A stretch of DNA of 58,059 nt, filler included, from Jimgerdemannia flammicorona (lineage: Eukaryota), in NCBI GenBank assembly GCA_003990765.1. It is 3 parts of 3 records of this genome, joined end to end, with 100 filler letters (N's around TTAATTAATTAA, not from the genome) between each part and the next. Parts side by side here need not be neighbours in the genome. Positions count along the whole stretch, not along the records: positions 38,775 to 58,059 come from RBNJ01001983.1; 2 more parts are not named here. One strand, 5' to 3'. Numbering within the stretch: position 1 is the first letter of the stretch; every line of letters begins with the position of its first letter. Below are positions 38,675 through 51,800 of the stretch, in pieces. The notes under the pieces were generated by a model that saw only the letters and a program-made list of their open reading frames with translations, did not search any database and was not told the origin of the DNA. A program made the translations under genes and the position numbers.

Positions 38675-38774
38675 NNNNNNNNNNNNNNNNNNNNNNNNNN
38701 NNNNNNNNNNNNNNNNNNTTAATTAATTAANNNNNNNNNNNNNNNNNNNNNNNNNNNNNNNNNNNNNNNNNNNN
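38675..38774. other. Artificial contig linker/gap
   Basis: 44 N + TTAATTAATTAA + 44 N. Confidence 0.97.
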
Positions 38775-39328
38775 CTTTGGGGATTTATATACTGGTCTCA
38801 GTTCTGGCAGAAGTTAGCTAGGCTTCTGGAGTTTAGTCAGAAACACTAGAGTCACTTAGATGTCATTACTAAGACTCAGGGGAATGTGTGTGTGTGGGGG
38901 GACTTGATTCTTGTATCAAGGACTGAACTAAAACTGCTTTATTTCGGATGGAAACTTGGGGGGTATTTATACAAGTTGGTCCGCAATTTCTGACTAAGTA
39001 TGAGTGACTAATTTGATAACTATAATGAGGTTTGTGATCGCGACCTTTGTCAGGTGGTTTTTGGCAAAAACAACTTTTTGATCAGGACCTCAATTACTAG
39101 GCAATGATCAGCTGCTGTGGCAACTGTTGCTGCGGCACTGGCTGCGGTGCCAATTGTTGGGGATAAGCTAGATATCATTTTCCGTGTCATTTCGCATCGT
39201 TCGTACTCGCTATTCATATGTCGTGCTTCGATCGTATGGTGACGTCATCACTCGCCGGGTCACGTGATCGCTCATCGTTCGTCATTCGTCACGTCCCATC
39301 TGTTCCCTCATTCGTTCGTTCTATTACA
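38775..39328 (-). repeat. Gypsy LTR copy D (solo or 5' LTR; partial), CpG-rich
   Basis: LTR sequence ending TCTATTACA that abuts LINE sequence rather than a PPT. Confidence 0.9.
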
Positions 39329-41598
39329 GCAACCCATCTTCTCCAGGGGATGAACCAGTCTACATCTTCTATAATACCTCCAAGACTTCATCCAGAGATA
39401 CTTCACCCAACACTGCCTCCCCTATCTCAGGTACTGCTGCTACTGGCCAAGTGTCTACCATATTACCATCTTCCTCCCCTGGCACTGCATACTCTCCCTG
39501 CTCCCCTCCATCCTACCAGAGAGCCTGCTATTGTCTCAAGACCTCTCCCAACATATCAGCAATCTCAGTGACCTCTGTTCCATCATCATATAGTACTGAG
39601 GCCCAACTGTGTTGCACTATTCTGGCCTTCAAGACCCCAGACAGATATTTAGTTGGCCTCTCACCCTCCTCCAACTGCCTTGCCCATAGTCTGGCAAGTA
39701 GGCCATCTACTGCCCATCCTCAGTGGCCCTTAATTCAGTCTATAGCTCCGCCACCTCCACTGCTAGCTGGTAGCACTTCTCTCCAGACAGGTTCCCTCCT
39801 TCTATTAGCTTCAATCGCTATCTCAGTCCCCTTTCAACCCTCCTCACCTTATCCTTCTATTCCTTCCCAGCTATTTCTCCAACATCCCTCCAAAAAGCAC
39901 CAGCCAAATGTTTGAATTTACTCCACCATTCTGCTATTAGCTGCTCATTATTCTGCTACTATATTACTTCCTGCTGTCCAATTGCCACAAACTGATCTCT
40001 TTCCTTCTTCCTCTTGAGTAAAGCCACATTGAGATACCAGTGCCCATCACTACTGTTTGCTGCTTGAAACCAGCCACATACCTCTACTCCCCAATGATCT
40101 GACCAAGGGCACCAATACACCTCAGCAATATCCAGTACATTATCTCAAAACTCAGCAATCAGTATCTAATCAATTCACATTCCAACTAATTTGTCTCCCA
40201 CTGGGTACCATCAGGTGAATGGTCCTGACTCATCTCCCTGATGCTGATGGACACCATCCACCAGTCCCATATCATGCTCCACCTGAAGCCACTGAGATAG
40301 CTCAGGGGAGACCATTACACCTGTCCCTCCATCTGATCTGCCCAGTATCCTATCATGTACCATATTGAAATTCCCCCCCAGAATGTCCAGTACTACCACC
40401 TCCTGACCCTCCCAAGTCCACCAGTCCTCAACCCACTACTTTCCCTCTCTGCCAACTGCAGAGAGATAAACTGAGCCTACTGTGAGACTATCACCTGCCC
40501 CTCCTTTTAGCTTTCTCCACACCAATCTATCACCATACACCTCAACCTCCACTAGCTCACCTTTACCAACACCAACCAGGATACCCACCTGCTTGTTCCA
40601 GTCTATACTACTATACCATTCTTTACTCTACACCTCAAAGTCCTGCTTGCTATATGCCTGAACATCTTGAAGGAAAACAATATCATATCTTCTGACTTTA
40701 AGTCATCGAAACAGTCTCCACCTCTTAATACCATCATGCAACTCATTGATGTTGATTGATAATATATGTAAACTGTTCATCATCATCAAAGAATTATTTA
40801 AAGCTCAGCTGGGACTGCCACCACTTTCTCCACCCTTTCTCTAATGATCTCCCACTGGTCCTCACAAATCGCCCTCTAGATTTGATTATTATTTGTACTA
40901 TTGCAGAAAAGATCCACTCTTTCTGCTGCCACCTTTCTTATGTCTGCCATCCTACTCTCATTGACATCATATCCTTCATCATCCAGGAGAGCTGCAACCA
41001 TTGCTGTCACCAGCTTAGGCCCCTGCATCACCACATTGAGAAACCCCTCCCATGCCTCCTGAGATCCATGAAATACATCCACTTTCTTGATGTCTTCCTC
41101 TGTAGGTTCCTCAAGTACCACCTGATACCAGCTCTCTGCTGTCATTATCAGGGGCCCAGGAGTTGATGGCCTGGGGGTCCTGCTCAGCTCCTGCAGTTGT
41201 TCTCTGTCTACCGATACATCTGAAGCCATATCCACCAGCTTATCCTCCTCTGCAACCTTCTCCAGATGTACCACCTCACCAGCCTCAGGGTACTCCCAAT
41301 GAACATTCATTGCCCCAGCCATATGGGTGTCCTCAACCTGTGTCTCTAGTACTATTTCAATATCTACCTCAAAGCCTCCTTCTCCCACCTCCTCCCTATC
41401 TGCCCATTTCCCCTTCACTGGCACATGTGCTGAGCTCTCCACACCACCCAGCTGAGAGAAAGACACCTCTGCGGCCTCCACACCTTCCATCTGGTTCTTA
41501 GGCACCTCTACTCTCACCTTCTCTTCTACTGCTGCCCCCTGAAGGGCTGCCTGCAGATGCTCCCAATTTCCTTTCTACCATCACTTCCACTTATCATC
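39329..41598 (-). mobile_element. Degenerate non-LTR (L1/Tx1-like) retrotransposon: ORF1 end + AP endonuclease
   Basis: Minus strand shows remnants of INxNxLxD..KR..LF..L...YDIVFLQD, LGG(D/N)FN and SDH motifs of APE domains, with acidic ORF1 remnant 40876-41517 upstream. Confidence 0.7.
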
Positions 41599-42357
41599 TG
41601 TAATAACTCTCACTTCTACCCCTCTCTTATCCTTTGGATAATTAGGGAAGTGGACTATTACTTAGAGACTTAGTACACAATGTGTACTAAGAAGCCTTCA
41701 GTTTGAGGAAGCACTTGCTTATAAGTAGTTATAGTGGCAGTATCTTCTGTTTCAAAGGTCTTTCTCTTGTACCCTATTTCAAGGGTCTTGTTCTTTGCTG
41801 TGCACAGACTGAATTCGCCTTGGAATTCAGGTTCAATGGGTTTACTTAAGTCTTTGGGGATTTATATACCGGTCTCAGTTCTGGCAGAAGTTAGCTAGAC
41901 TTCTGGAGTTTAGTCAGAAACACTAGAGTCACTTAAGTGTCATTACTAAGACTCAGGGGAATGTGTGTGTGTGGAGGAGACTTGATTCTTATATTAAGGA
42001 CTGAACTAAAACTGCTTTATTTCAGATGGAAACTGGGGGGTATTTATACAAGTTGGTCTGCGATTTCTGACTAAGTATGAGTGACTAATTTGGTAACTAT
42101 AATGAGGTTTGTGATTGTGACCTTTGTAAGGTAGCTTTTGGTAAAGAATATCTTTATGATCAGGACCTCAATTACTAGGCAATGATCAGCAGCTGTGGCA
42201 ACAGTTGCTGCAGCACTGATTGTTGGAGATAAGCTAGATATCGTTTTCTGCATTGTTTTGCATCATTTATAATATTGTATGCTGCACTTGATTGTATGAT
42301 GATGTCATCATTGGTCACATGATCGTTCATTACATCCCATCTGTTCATTCTATTACA
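41599..42357 (-). repeat. 3' LTR of copy E
   Basis: TGTAATAACT...TCTATTACA followed by PPT complement. Confidence 0.92.
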
Positions 42358-42368
42358 TCCTTCTCCCC

Positions 42369-43199
42369 TTAGAAATCAACATCCTTGTTGATTGAGAAAT
42401 TAAGAACCAGAGGAGAGAAAGGTGGGGAATCCTGCTCAGGGCTGTTGGCATCTTCTTCAGTAGCAGGGGGGGTGGTGGTTGCTGATAGTTCACTGTCCAG
42501 GATGGAGAAGTCAATGAGGTCTGCAAATAGTTCTTGTATTGAGATAGGTGCTGGCATAGGGGTTCTCCATCTGATGTGGTTGGGGCCATCCAAGTAGGGT
42601 TCTTGGTCCTCGTGCCTGGGAATATCCATTCAGATGGGCAGTCCTTCAAAGAGATCAGAGAGGCCTTGGAGCCATTGGTCAGAGTTGTCATTCAGAAGGA
42701 GGCTCCAGTAGGGTTCACAGTCAGTGGACTTGAGGGTGATCCAGAAGTTGGCTTCTTGGGCTACCTTGATTTCTAGTTCGTCAATCTCAAAGAAGGAGAG
42801 GTTCTGGAAGTCCTTCAGTTGGACATAGTTGAGGTTGGGGATTGTAAAGAATATATAGCACATGATTCAATGGACCTTCTTGGCAAGTCTTTGCTTGCTC
42901 CTATCCAGGTGGGTCCAATCAGAGACTTGGTTCATGGGCAGGTCCTTTGCCTATTGGAGGAGTTAATGGCCAATCTTATATTTATACCAGATCTCTAGGT
43001 GGCTAGTGACAAGGTAGGCTCTTTTGATGACTTCATGACAGTTGAGGACATAGTGTCCTAGGTCCTTACTGGAGAGGTCAAGGGCCTCTGAGTGGCAGTT
43101 CCTTTCTTGGATAGCAACCTGGATGTGTCCAAAGAGGCAGTCAACCTGGCTTGGAAGGGGCTGACTATGGCGGGCAGTTTGACAGCGAGTGGCAGATAT
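42369..43199 (-). pseudogene. ORF3 of copy E (831 nt)
   Basis: Same frame as the other copies, with a 3-nt insertion. Start ATG mutated to ATA. Confidence 0.75.
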
Positions 43200-44912
43200 T
43201 CTTGTCTTGTCCTTTTCTTTGTGATGAGAGGGGGATGAGGGTTGTGGAGTATTCTTGCCTTGGGTATTTATAATTATTCACCCATCTGATGTGACCTTCC
43301 TTTGGTCATGCTTTCTGGCAAAATGCATGACCTGTTGCTGTAAGCAGGGCATGTGCTGGTCACATGAGAAAATCCTGATTTCAAAGATATCATCACTTAT
43401 AGTTATGGTTACACAAGGTTAATAGGTCTTGGTCCTCTTTTTTTTTGTCTGGTTGATGCATTTGCGAGGACTGGCCATCCTTGTCTAGGGCGAGGGCTCT
43501 CATTATCATGGCTGGGGGTTTGAACCTCTCAGAAATAGACTTATAATCTAAGGCAATTTCTAGTAACAATATCTGTCATGTGGATGGACTTAGACTGGTT
43601 CTGACATTGTTGGCTTTCCTAAGTTCCATATGAAGCATCTGTTATTATCCAGTTGAGATGATACAGATGTCATGAACTGGAGTTGTTCAAATGCATTTTG
43701 CTGTACTGTACTAAATTGTTCTTTTGCTCAGGTATCTTTTTGTTGGTTATCCATAGTGTTCCCTTTTTTTGCAATGTTTGGTATTATATGTTTCCAGATA
43801 AGTATATAGTATCCTTATGCTCACTGTGTGCTCCAAATCCTAGAGCTGCAGTTCCTTTCTTTGCTGAGGAGTGAGTGTTTCCATGTAGTCCTGGAGGGCT
43901 TTGTGTGTATTCTTCAGGGCTTCTTCTTTTTCTCAGGTGGTATCATGGTTGGGGTAACCCTTCCACTTGATCAGGAAAAACCACTTGACTGTTTTGGGAT
44001 ATTTGCGGACCTTGTGGTCAAGCACTTCCTCAATTTCGAATTCCTCATGATCATTGATCCTAATTGGGGGTAGTGGTGGAGTTGTATGCTCAGGGAATGG
44101 ATTCTCATAGTAGTCTACCAATTGGCTGATATGGAATACTGGGTATACTCAGAGATTGTAGGGAAGTTGCAACTTATAGTTGACTTCACTGATCTTTTCC
44201 ATGATCTTGTATGGTCCAATTCTTCTAGTACAGAGTTTCTTGGCTGGTTGTTGTGCCAGGGTGTCTGGGTGGAGGTGGTCCATTCTAAGCATAACCATGT
44301 CACCAATATTATAGGAGGCTTCTCTTCACTTCAAGTTCACATACTTGGTCTGATAGTCTTGTGCTTCTATGAGAGCATCTCTTGTCATTCAGGTAAGGTC
44401 AGAAATGGTCTTGGCCAGATCTTGGGCTGCTGGGACTACTGATTTCGCAGTAGTACTTAGGGTCCTCAGGTGTTGACCATGGTTCAGGAAGAATGGAGTC
44501 TTCTTTGTGGAGGTTTGCTAACTGTTATTGTAGGCAAACTCAGCATAGGTTAGGTATTTGTCCCAATCATTTTGCTTGTAATAGCAGAAGATGCTAAGCA
44601 TCTGTTTGAGAGTCCTGTTGGTATGCTCTGTTTGACCATCAGTCTGAGGGTAGTAGGCAGTAGAGAACTTCAACTTGGTTCCATGGAGAGAGAAAAATGC
44701 CTTCCAGAAGTTGCTTGTAAACTTGGCATCTTGGTCAGATACAATAGTATTAGGCATTCCATATAGCCTGAATACTTGATTGAGGAAAATCTTGGCAATC
44801 TCTGGTGCTGTAGCAGTGGTCTTGGTGGGTGCAAAATGGGCTTGTTTACTTAGGTGGTCCACGAATACCACAATGGTATCTCATCCTGCCTTGGTCTTGA
44901 GGAGTTGGACAA

Positions 44913-45724
44913 TATAATAGAATGAATGAGTGAACAGATGGGACATGACAAGACGAATGATTACATGACCCGGTGATAACATCATCATATGATCGAGTAT
45001 GGCATATGAATAATGAATAAATGAATGAATGATGCAAAACGACATGGAAAACAATATCCAGCTTATCCCCAATAATCGGTGCCGCAGCAATAGTTGCCAC
45101 AGCTGCTAATCATTACCTAGTAATTGAGGTCCTGATCACAAAGATATTCTTTACCAAAAACCACCTGACAAAAGTCGCGAACACAAACCTCATTATAGTT
45201 ACCAAATTAGTCACTCATACTTAGTCAGAAATTGTGGACCAACTTGTATAAATACCCCCCAGTTTCCATCCGAAATAAAGTAGTTTTAGTTTAGTCCTTG
45301 ATACAAGAATCAAGTCCCCCACACACACACATTCCCCTGAGTCTTAGTAATGACATCTAAGTGACTCTAGTGTTTCTGACTAAACTCCAGAAGCCTAGCT
45401 AACTTCTGCCAGAACTGAGACCGGTATATAAATCCCCAAAGACTTAAGTAAACCCATTGAATCTGAATTCCAAGGCGAATTCAGTCTGTGTACAGCAAAG
45501 AACAAGACCCTCAAAATAGGGCACAAGAGAAAGACCTTTGAAATAGAAGGCAAACCAGAAAAAGACCTTTGAAAGATAAGGCACTGCCACTATAACTACT
45601 TTAAGCGAGCACTTCCTCAAACTGAAGGCTTCTTGATACACATTGTGTACTAAGTCCCTAAGTAATAGTCCACTTCCCTAATTATCCAAAGGATAAGAGA
45701 GGGGTAGAAGTGAGAGTTATTACA
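44913..45724 (+). repeat. 5' LTR of copy F
   Basis: T(A)TAATAGAATG...GAGTTATTACA, with TATA-like TATAAATA at ~45247. Confidence 0.94.
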
Positions 45725-45727
45725 ACT

Positions 45728-45741
45728 TAGTAGCAGTGGAT
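45728..45741 (+). other. Primer-binding site, tRNA-iMet type
   Basis: Consensus over copies TGGTAGCAGCGGAT, 3 nt after the LTR; resembles the complement of eukaryotic initiator tRNA 3' ends (TGGTAGCAG...). Confidence 0.7.
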
Positions 45742-45810
45742 TACCAGCCAAGAAGGCACCAAAGAACACACTCCAGAAGTTGGAACAAGACCAACCTTGG
45801 ACAGGAGTAA

Positions 45811-48800
45811 CCCCCAGAACCAACTGTGGATCCTCAAACCAGAGCCAGAGAAGCTCTTACCATTAGGACCAGGTGGTACCAGGAAACCACAGACCCAAGG
45901 ACCCACTAGCTTGTAATTGATCAGGCTTACAAAGATCTATACCAGGCCTTTAGGACATACCACCCAGGACTTAGGAATATTGTTAGCTGCCGTAGGTTCT
46001 ATGAACTCCTCTGAGGACACATTGGAACCACTAGGACCCCAGAATCTACTGCTGCAGCCACCCAGGATTTTTTAGATTATATCACACCCCCTGCTGCAAG
46101 AGAAGCAGCTGCCGAGTGGATTGCCTCTGACAGATATCATCATACCCCTACCAAGACCTCCCTCTACTACAGGCTAGTTGTATACTACACCTCTGCCATA
46201 ACTAGGTATGAGAACGAGCAAGCAGGTCACCCATCCCCTACTGCTGAACAAGGAGCAGGTCCATCTACCCAGCCAGAGACTGATATCCTCTTTGAAGGAC
46301 CTAGCCAGTATGAGGATGCACTATCTCATCAGGGAAGGGAGTCAGATGAAGACTCTACAGGTTACCAGTCTGACGATAGCCAATGAGGAACAGCAGGCCT
46401 AGGAATTTACCAAGGACCCACAGGTCAAGAAGATCAGACCCCAGAACCAACTCAGCCACCTATACAAAGGTTTGGTTTACCCTCTCTCACAGGACTCTTT
46501 GACTTAATATCCAGGAACCAAGTAACTCCAAGTCATACAGCACTACAACCCCACCAAGCGGAACAATCTTCAGGAGAATCTACCCCAACAGGCCCACCAC
46601 CACTAGTCAACACAATGGTAGATATCAACATTGCAGCACTGACCACCCAGCTAGCAGCACTAGCAGGAATAGTAGGACAGATTGCTGAACAGAACAAACC
46701 AACCAAGACCTTGCGAATTCCAACATTCAGTGGAAAAAACAGTGACATTGAAAACTTCATCAATGCAGTTGACACAGGCTACCGAGCAAACCAATGGAAT
46801 GACAACCGAGTACCTATAGGAATACTCACCAATAACCAGAACAGTACCCTTCAACAGCTATTTGCCACATCAGCAGCACAAGTAGAAACAGTAGCCACAT
46901 TCTTCACTGGAACAGCAGCCAAATTCTGGCGAACCTTGGAACAATACCCAGTAACCTGGGAAGCCCGCCCTCAAGTCAATGGACAAGTACCTGGTAACAA
47001 TAGACCAGGTTGGAATGACTATGAAGCAGGCCCAGGACTCAAGGTCTTGCTACTGACCAAATTCTGAAATACAGCCTACATATAAGAAACTTGGAACAAA
47101 CTGTCCCAGATGAAGTTCCACAAGAATGACAAAGAAGATCTAGAGACCTTTGCCACCAGAATGGATGCATATCTCAAAATGATTGGACTTACCTATAAGG
47201 AGAACAATTTGGCCATCAATGGTACCAGAGCCAATTATCTCTTTGCAGCCCTATCAGACTGGCTCACCCAGAAGATCAAGGAACAAGGTCTTCCCCAAGG
47301 ATGTCCCCACTACTCATGGTGCTTTGCCCAAGTACAAAAAAGAGCCCATGAAATCCTTGCTGCACAAGCTCCATGAAATCAAGAACACAAGAAGGATAAC
47401 CAAGATAGAAGAAATCCTACCAGGAGAAATGATCAAAGGAATGACCAAAGATATGATCAAAGATATGATCAAAGGAACCAGCGAAACCCCAGAGGACCCA
47501 GACCTCCTACTGAGGATGAGAAGAAGCAGCTCCATGAAAAAGGATTGTGCTTTATCTGCAAGAAGGCAGGACATATCTCAGTCAAATGCCCTGAGAAGAG
47601 AAACAAATCAGGTGAACCCAGTAACTAGAATATTACTGTCATTGGAGAAGGTCTAGAAAAGAAGAACCCCAAGAATGTCATCAAAGTACAGAAGATATGG
47701 TACAAGGCTACCATCTCCACTAAGGCCCACCCAATGGATGCTGGATATGATCTCTACAGCAGCCAAGACCTCACCATCCCACCAAGTACCAATGCTACAG
47801 TGCGAACAGAGATTGCAATGCAAGCTCCCAAAGGAACATACATCTGCCTTGCTGAGCGAAGTAGCCTAGCCAAAGAATTCAACATTGGGCTAGGTAGAGG
47901 AGTAGTTGACCAAGGATTTACTGGTGAAATCCATGTCATCTTGTGAAATTTTGGAGATATCTCATTTGAAGTCAAAACAGGCCAAAGGATTGCCCAAGCA
48001 ATCATTGAAGAAATCCATCAAGATCTCACCATTGAAGAAGTCCCTGAACTCTCCAGAACCATGGCAAGAAAGGGTTTAGATCTACTAACAAACCTCCCAG
48101 TCAAAAGGTCACTACCATAAAGGAAGATGATGAAAACTGGTACAAGAGAATTGCAGATGGTTATGCACTGTGTGGATGATGCTCTCATTCCATTCAAATG
48201 TACTGCATGGAACATGTTGGCAAATGCCATGCATACCTCTCCAAAGTTTTCAAAATTCAATCCGAGAAGCACCAAGCTCAACAGACTGAGGAACCCAAAC
48301 AAGACAACCCTCCTTGTGAAGGATGGAGAGAAACAGACTTCGAGGAGACTGACAGCAATTGGGACAACAATGAGGATGAAGAGTTCAATACCATCAAGAA
48401 GGATGACAGTTGTATCAAGTTCACAGGCCAAGTCTACAGACAGAATGTCAATGTCTTGCTTGATAGCAGTGCTACTGAAAACTACATCAGTACTAAGACT
48501 GCCAAGAGGATTGGAGCCCAAAGCAGACCCACTACTGAGAAAAGAAGTGTTACCTTTGGTGATGGAAAAACTGCACCATTGACTAAGATCTGTGAAGACC
48601 TTTTGCTCAAAATTGGCAAATATCAAGAGAAGTTGGACTTCAGCATTGTAGACCTCCCAGGATAAGACATTATCTTAGGAAAAGCCTGGTTGACCCAGTA
48701 CAACCCAGACATCAACTGGAGAACCAACGAGGTTAACCTGACCCACGAAGGCAGAAAGATCACCCTGACACTCAGGAAGATACCCACCACCAAGGAATCG

Positions 48801-51800
48801 AAATCATCTCTGCTATTCAAATGAAGAGACTCTCTCGAAAAAAGGGAAACACCTATTTCATCTGTACAGTACAAGAAGTCACTGAAGCCACAAGTAGCCC
48901 AATTCCAACAGAAGCTTAAGAACTGTTCGAAGAATTCCAAGATGTATTCCAAGATCCCCAAGGACTTCCACCCAAGCACCAAATCCAACATGGAATTGAT
49001 CTTATCCCAGGATCTGAATCCCCATACAAGAGTATCTACTAACTGGCCCAACCTGAGCTCAAGACCCTCAAGGATGAGTTGACCAAACTACTGGCCCAAG
49101 GATACATTGAACCCAGCCACTCTCCATTTCGAGCCCCCATTCTATTTGTCAAGAAAAAGTATGGATCTCTGTGAATATGTATTGACTACAGAGCCCTCAA
49201 CAAGATCACCATCAAGAACTGATATGCCTTGCCCAGGATTGATGAGTTACTACACCAAATCTTCAAGGCCAAGACCTTTTCTCTACTAGATTTGTGAAAT
49301 GGCTACCACCAGATTCTCATTGATAAGAAGGACATTGAGAAGACAGCTTTCCAAACATGGTTTGGACACTACCAGTTCTGAGTCATGCCTTTTGGATTGA
49401 CCAATGCACCAGCAACATTCCAGTATCTGATGAATGACATCTTTGGACTACTTCTCAACATCTGTATCCTTGTGTATATTGATGATATACTAATCTACAG
49501 CAAGACAGTAGAGCTACACTACACCCACCTTAGACAAGTACTGACTCTTCTGCGAGAACACCAGCTCTATGCCAAGATGAGCAAGTGTAAGTTCTACCAA
49601 GACCAGATTGAGTACTTAGGACACATCATCTCTGCTGAAGGTATCAATGTGGACCCTGAAAGGTATCAGCCCTTAAGGATATCCCTATCCCTACTACCCT
49701 CAAGCTACTCCAGCACTTTCTGGGTATTGCTGGTTATTACCAAAGGTTTATCCAAGGATACTCTGCTATTACAGCCCCATTGACCAGCCTGGCCTGTAAA
49801 GGAGTGAACATCAAAGCTGAATGGACTCCCGAATGCATCCTGGCTATGGACCATCTCAAGAGACTCCTTACTGAGGCCCCAGTGCTAATTGCACCTGATC
49901 CTACCAGACCATTCACTCTGACCACAGATGCCTCTGACATTGCTATTGGAGCAGTGCTCAGCCAAGAAGACTGCCCAGTGGCCTACCTTTCACAGAAGCT
50001 CAAGCCAGCTGAGACCCGATATACCACCCATGAGAAGGAACTCCTGGCTATTATCACTGCACTCCAGGAATGGCACCACTTCCTCCTAGGACAGCTATTT
50101 GTAGCCTACACTGATCACTATGCACTGTGGTATATTCACACACAGCCCATGCTGACCTACAGACAAGCCCACTGGATGGAAATCATTGCCAACTTTGATA
50201 TGGAAATCAAGTATATCCCAGGCAAAACCAACCATATGGCTGATGGTTTCTCCAGGTACATGGAAGATGAACTTGTCTTCATGGTCGAAGTAATTGGAGA
50301 CCTTACTCAAATGATCAAGGACAGCTACCAGAAAGACAGCCCCCTGATGAATTTCCTTCAATTCTGCCAAGACCCAGAGGCCGAGATTCCAGAACCCATG
50401 AGGCAAATGGCCAAGAGATTCATCTACAATGATGGACTTATCTACAGGGACCATGACAGAGTAGTTGTATCCAACAATGATACTCTGTGACTCAAGATCA
50501 TGCAGGAACTCCATGATACTCCTACAGTAGGACACTTTGGTTTTGAAAAGACCTACAACCTCCTTTCAAGAGATTTCTACTGGCCAAAGATGACCAAGGA
50601 TATCAAAGACTTTGTGGCCTCATGCGAGATGTGCCAAAGGTTCAAAAGTGGTAACAAGCTACCAGCAGGACTCCTGCAACCCTTACCTATCCCAAGTCAC
50701 AATTGGGACCAGATTGCGATGGACTTCATTGTCCAACTCCCTAAGACCAAGGCAGGATGGGATGCTATTGTGGTATTCATGGACTGCCTAAGTAAATAAG
50801 CCCATTTTGCACCCACCAAGACCACTGCTACAGCACTAGAGATTGTCTAGATCTTTCTCAACTAAGTATTCAGGCTATATGGCATACCTAGCACCATTGT
50901 ATCTGACCGAGATGCTAAGTTCACAAGCAATTTCTGGAAGGCATTTTTCTCCCTCCATGGAACTAAGCTGAAGTTCTCTACTGCCTACAACTCTCAGACT
51001 GACGGTCAAACCGAGTGAACCAACAGGACTCTCAAACAGATGCTTAGCATCTTCTGCTGTTACAAGCAAAATGATTGGGACAAGTACCTAGCCCATGCTG
51101 AGTTTGCCTACAATAATAGTCAGCAAACCTCCACAAAGAAGACTCCATTCTTCCTGAACCATGGTCAACACCCAAGGACCCCAAGTACTACCACGAAATC
51201 AGCAGTCCCAGTAGCCCAAGATCTGGCTGAGACCATTTCTGACCTCACCTGAATGACAAGAGATGCTCTCATAGAAGCACAAGACTACCAGACCAAGTAC
51301 ACGAACTTGAAGCAAAGAGAAGCCTCCTACAATATTGGTGATATGGTCATGCTTAAAACAGACCACCTCCACCCAGATACCCTGGCACAACAACTAGCCA
51401 AGAAACTTCGTACTAGAAGAATTGGACCATACAAGATCATGGAAAAAATCAGTGAAGTTAACTACAAGTTGCAACTTCCCCACAATATCCGAGTACACCC
51501 AGTATTCCATATCAGCCAATTGGTGGGCTACCATAAGAACTCATTCCCTGAGTGTACAGTTCCACCACCACCCCCAATTAGGATCAATGATCATGAGGAA
51601 TTTGAAATTGAGAAAGTACTTGACCACAAGGTCCGCAAATATCCTAAAACAGTCAAGTGCTTTTTCCTGATCAAGTGGAAGGGTTACTCCACCTATGATG
51701 CCACCTGGGAAAAAGAAGAAGCCCTAAAGAATGCACATGAAGCCCTCCAGGACTACATGGAAACACTCACTCTCCAGCAAAGGAAGGAACTACAGCTCTA

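Noticed and set aside
48176..48180. TGA shared by all four copies between dUTPase and protease, as a programmed read-through or selenocysteine codon
   Set aside because: The same 4/4 TGA pattern occurs at indispensable Arg codons in RT (GSLRMC, LDLRNG), so CGA>TGA decay explains it.
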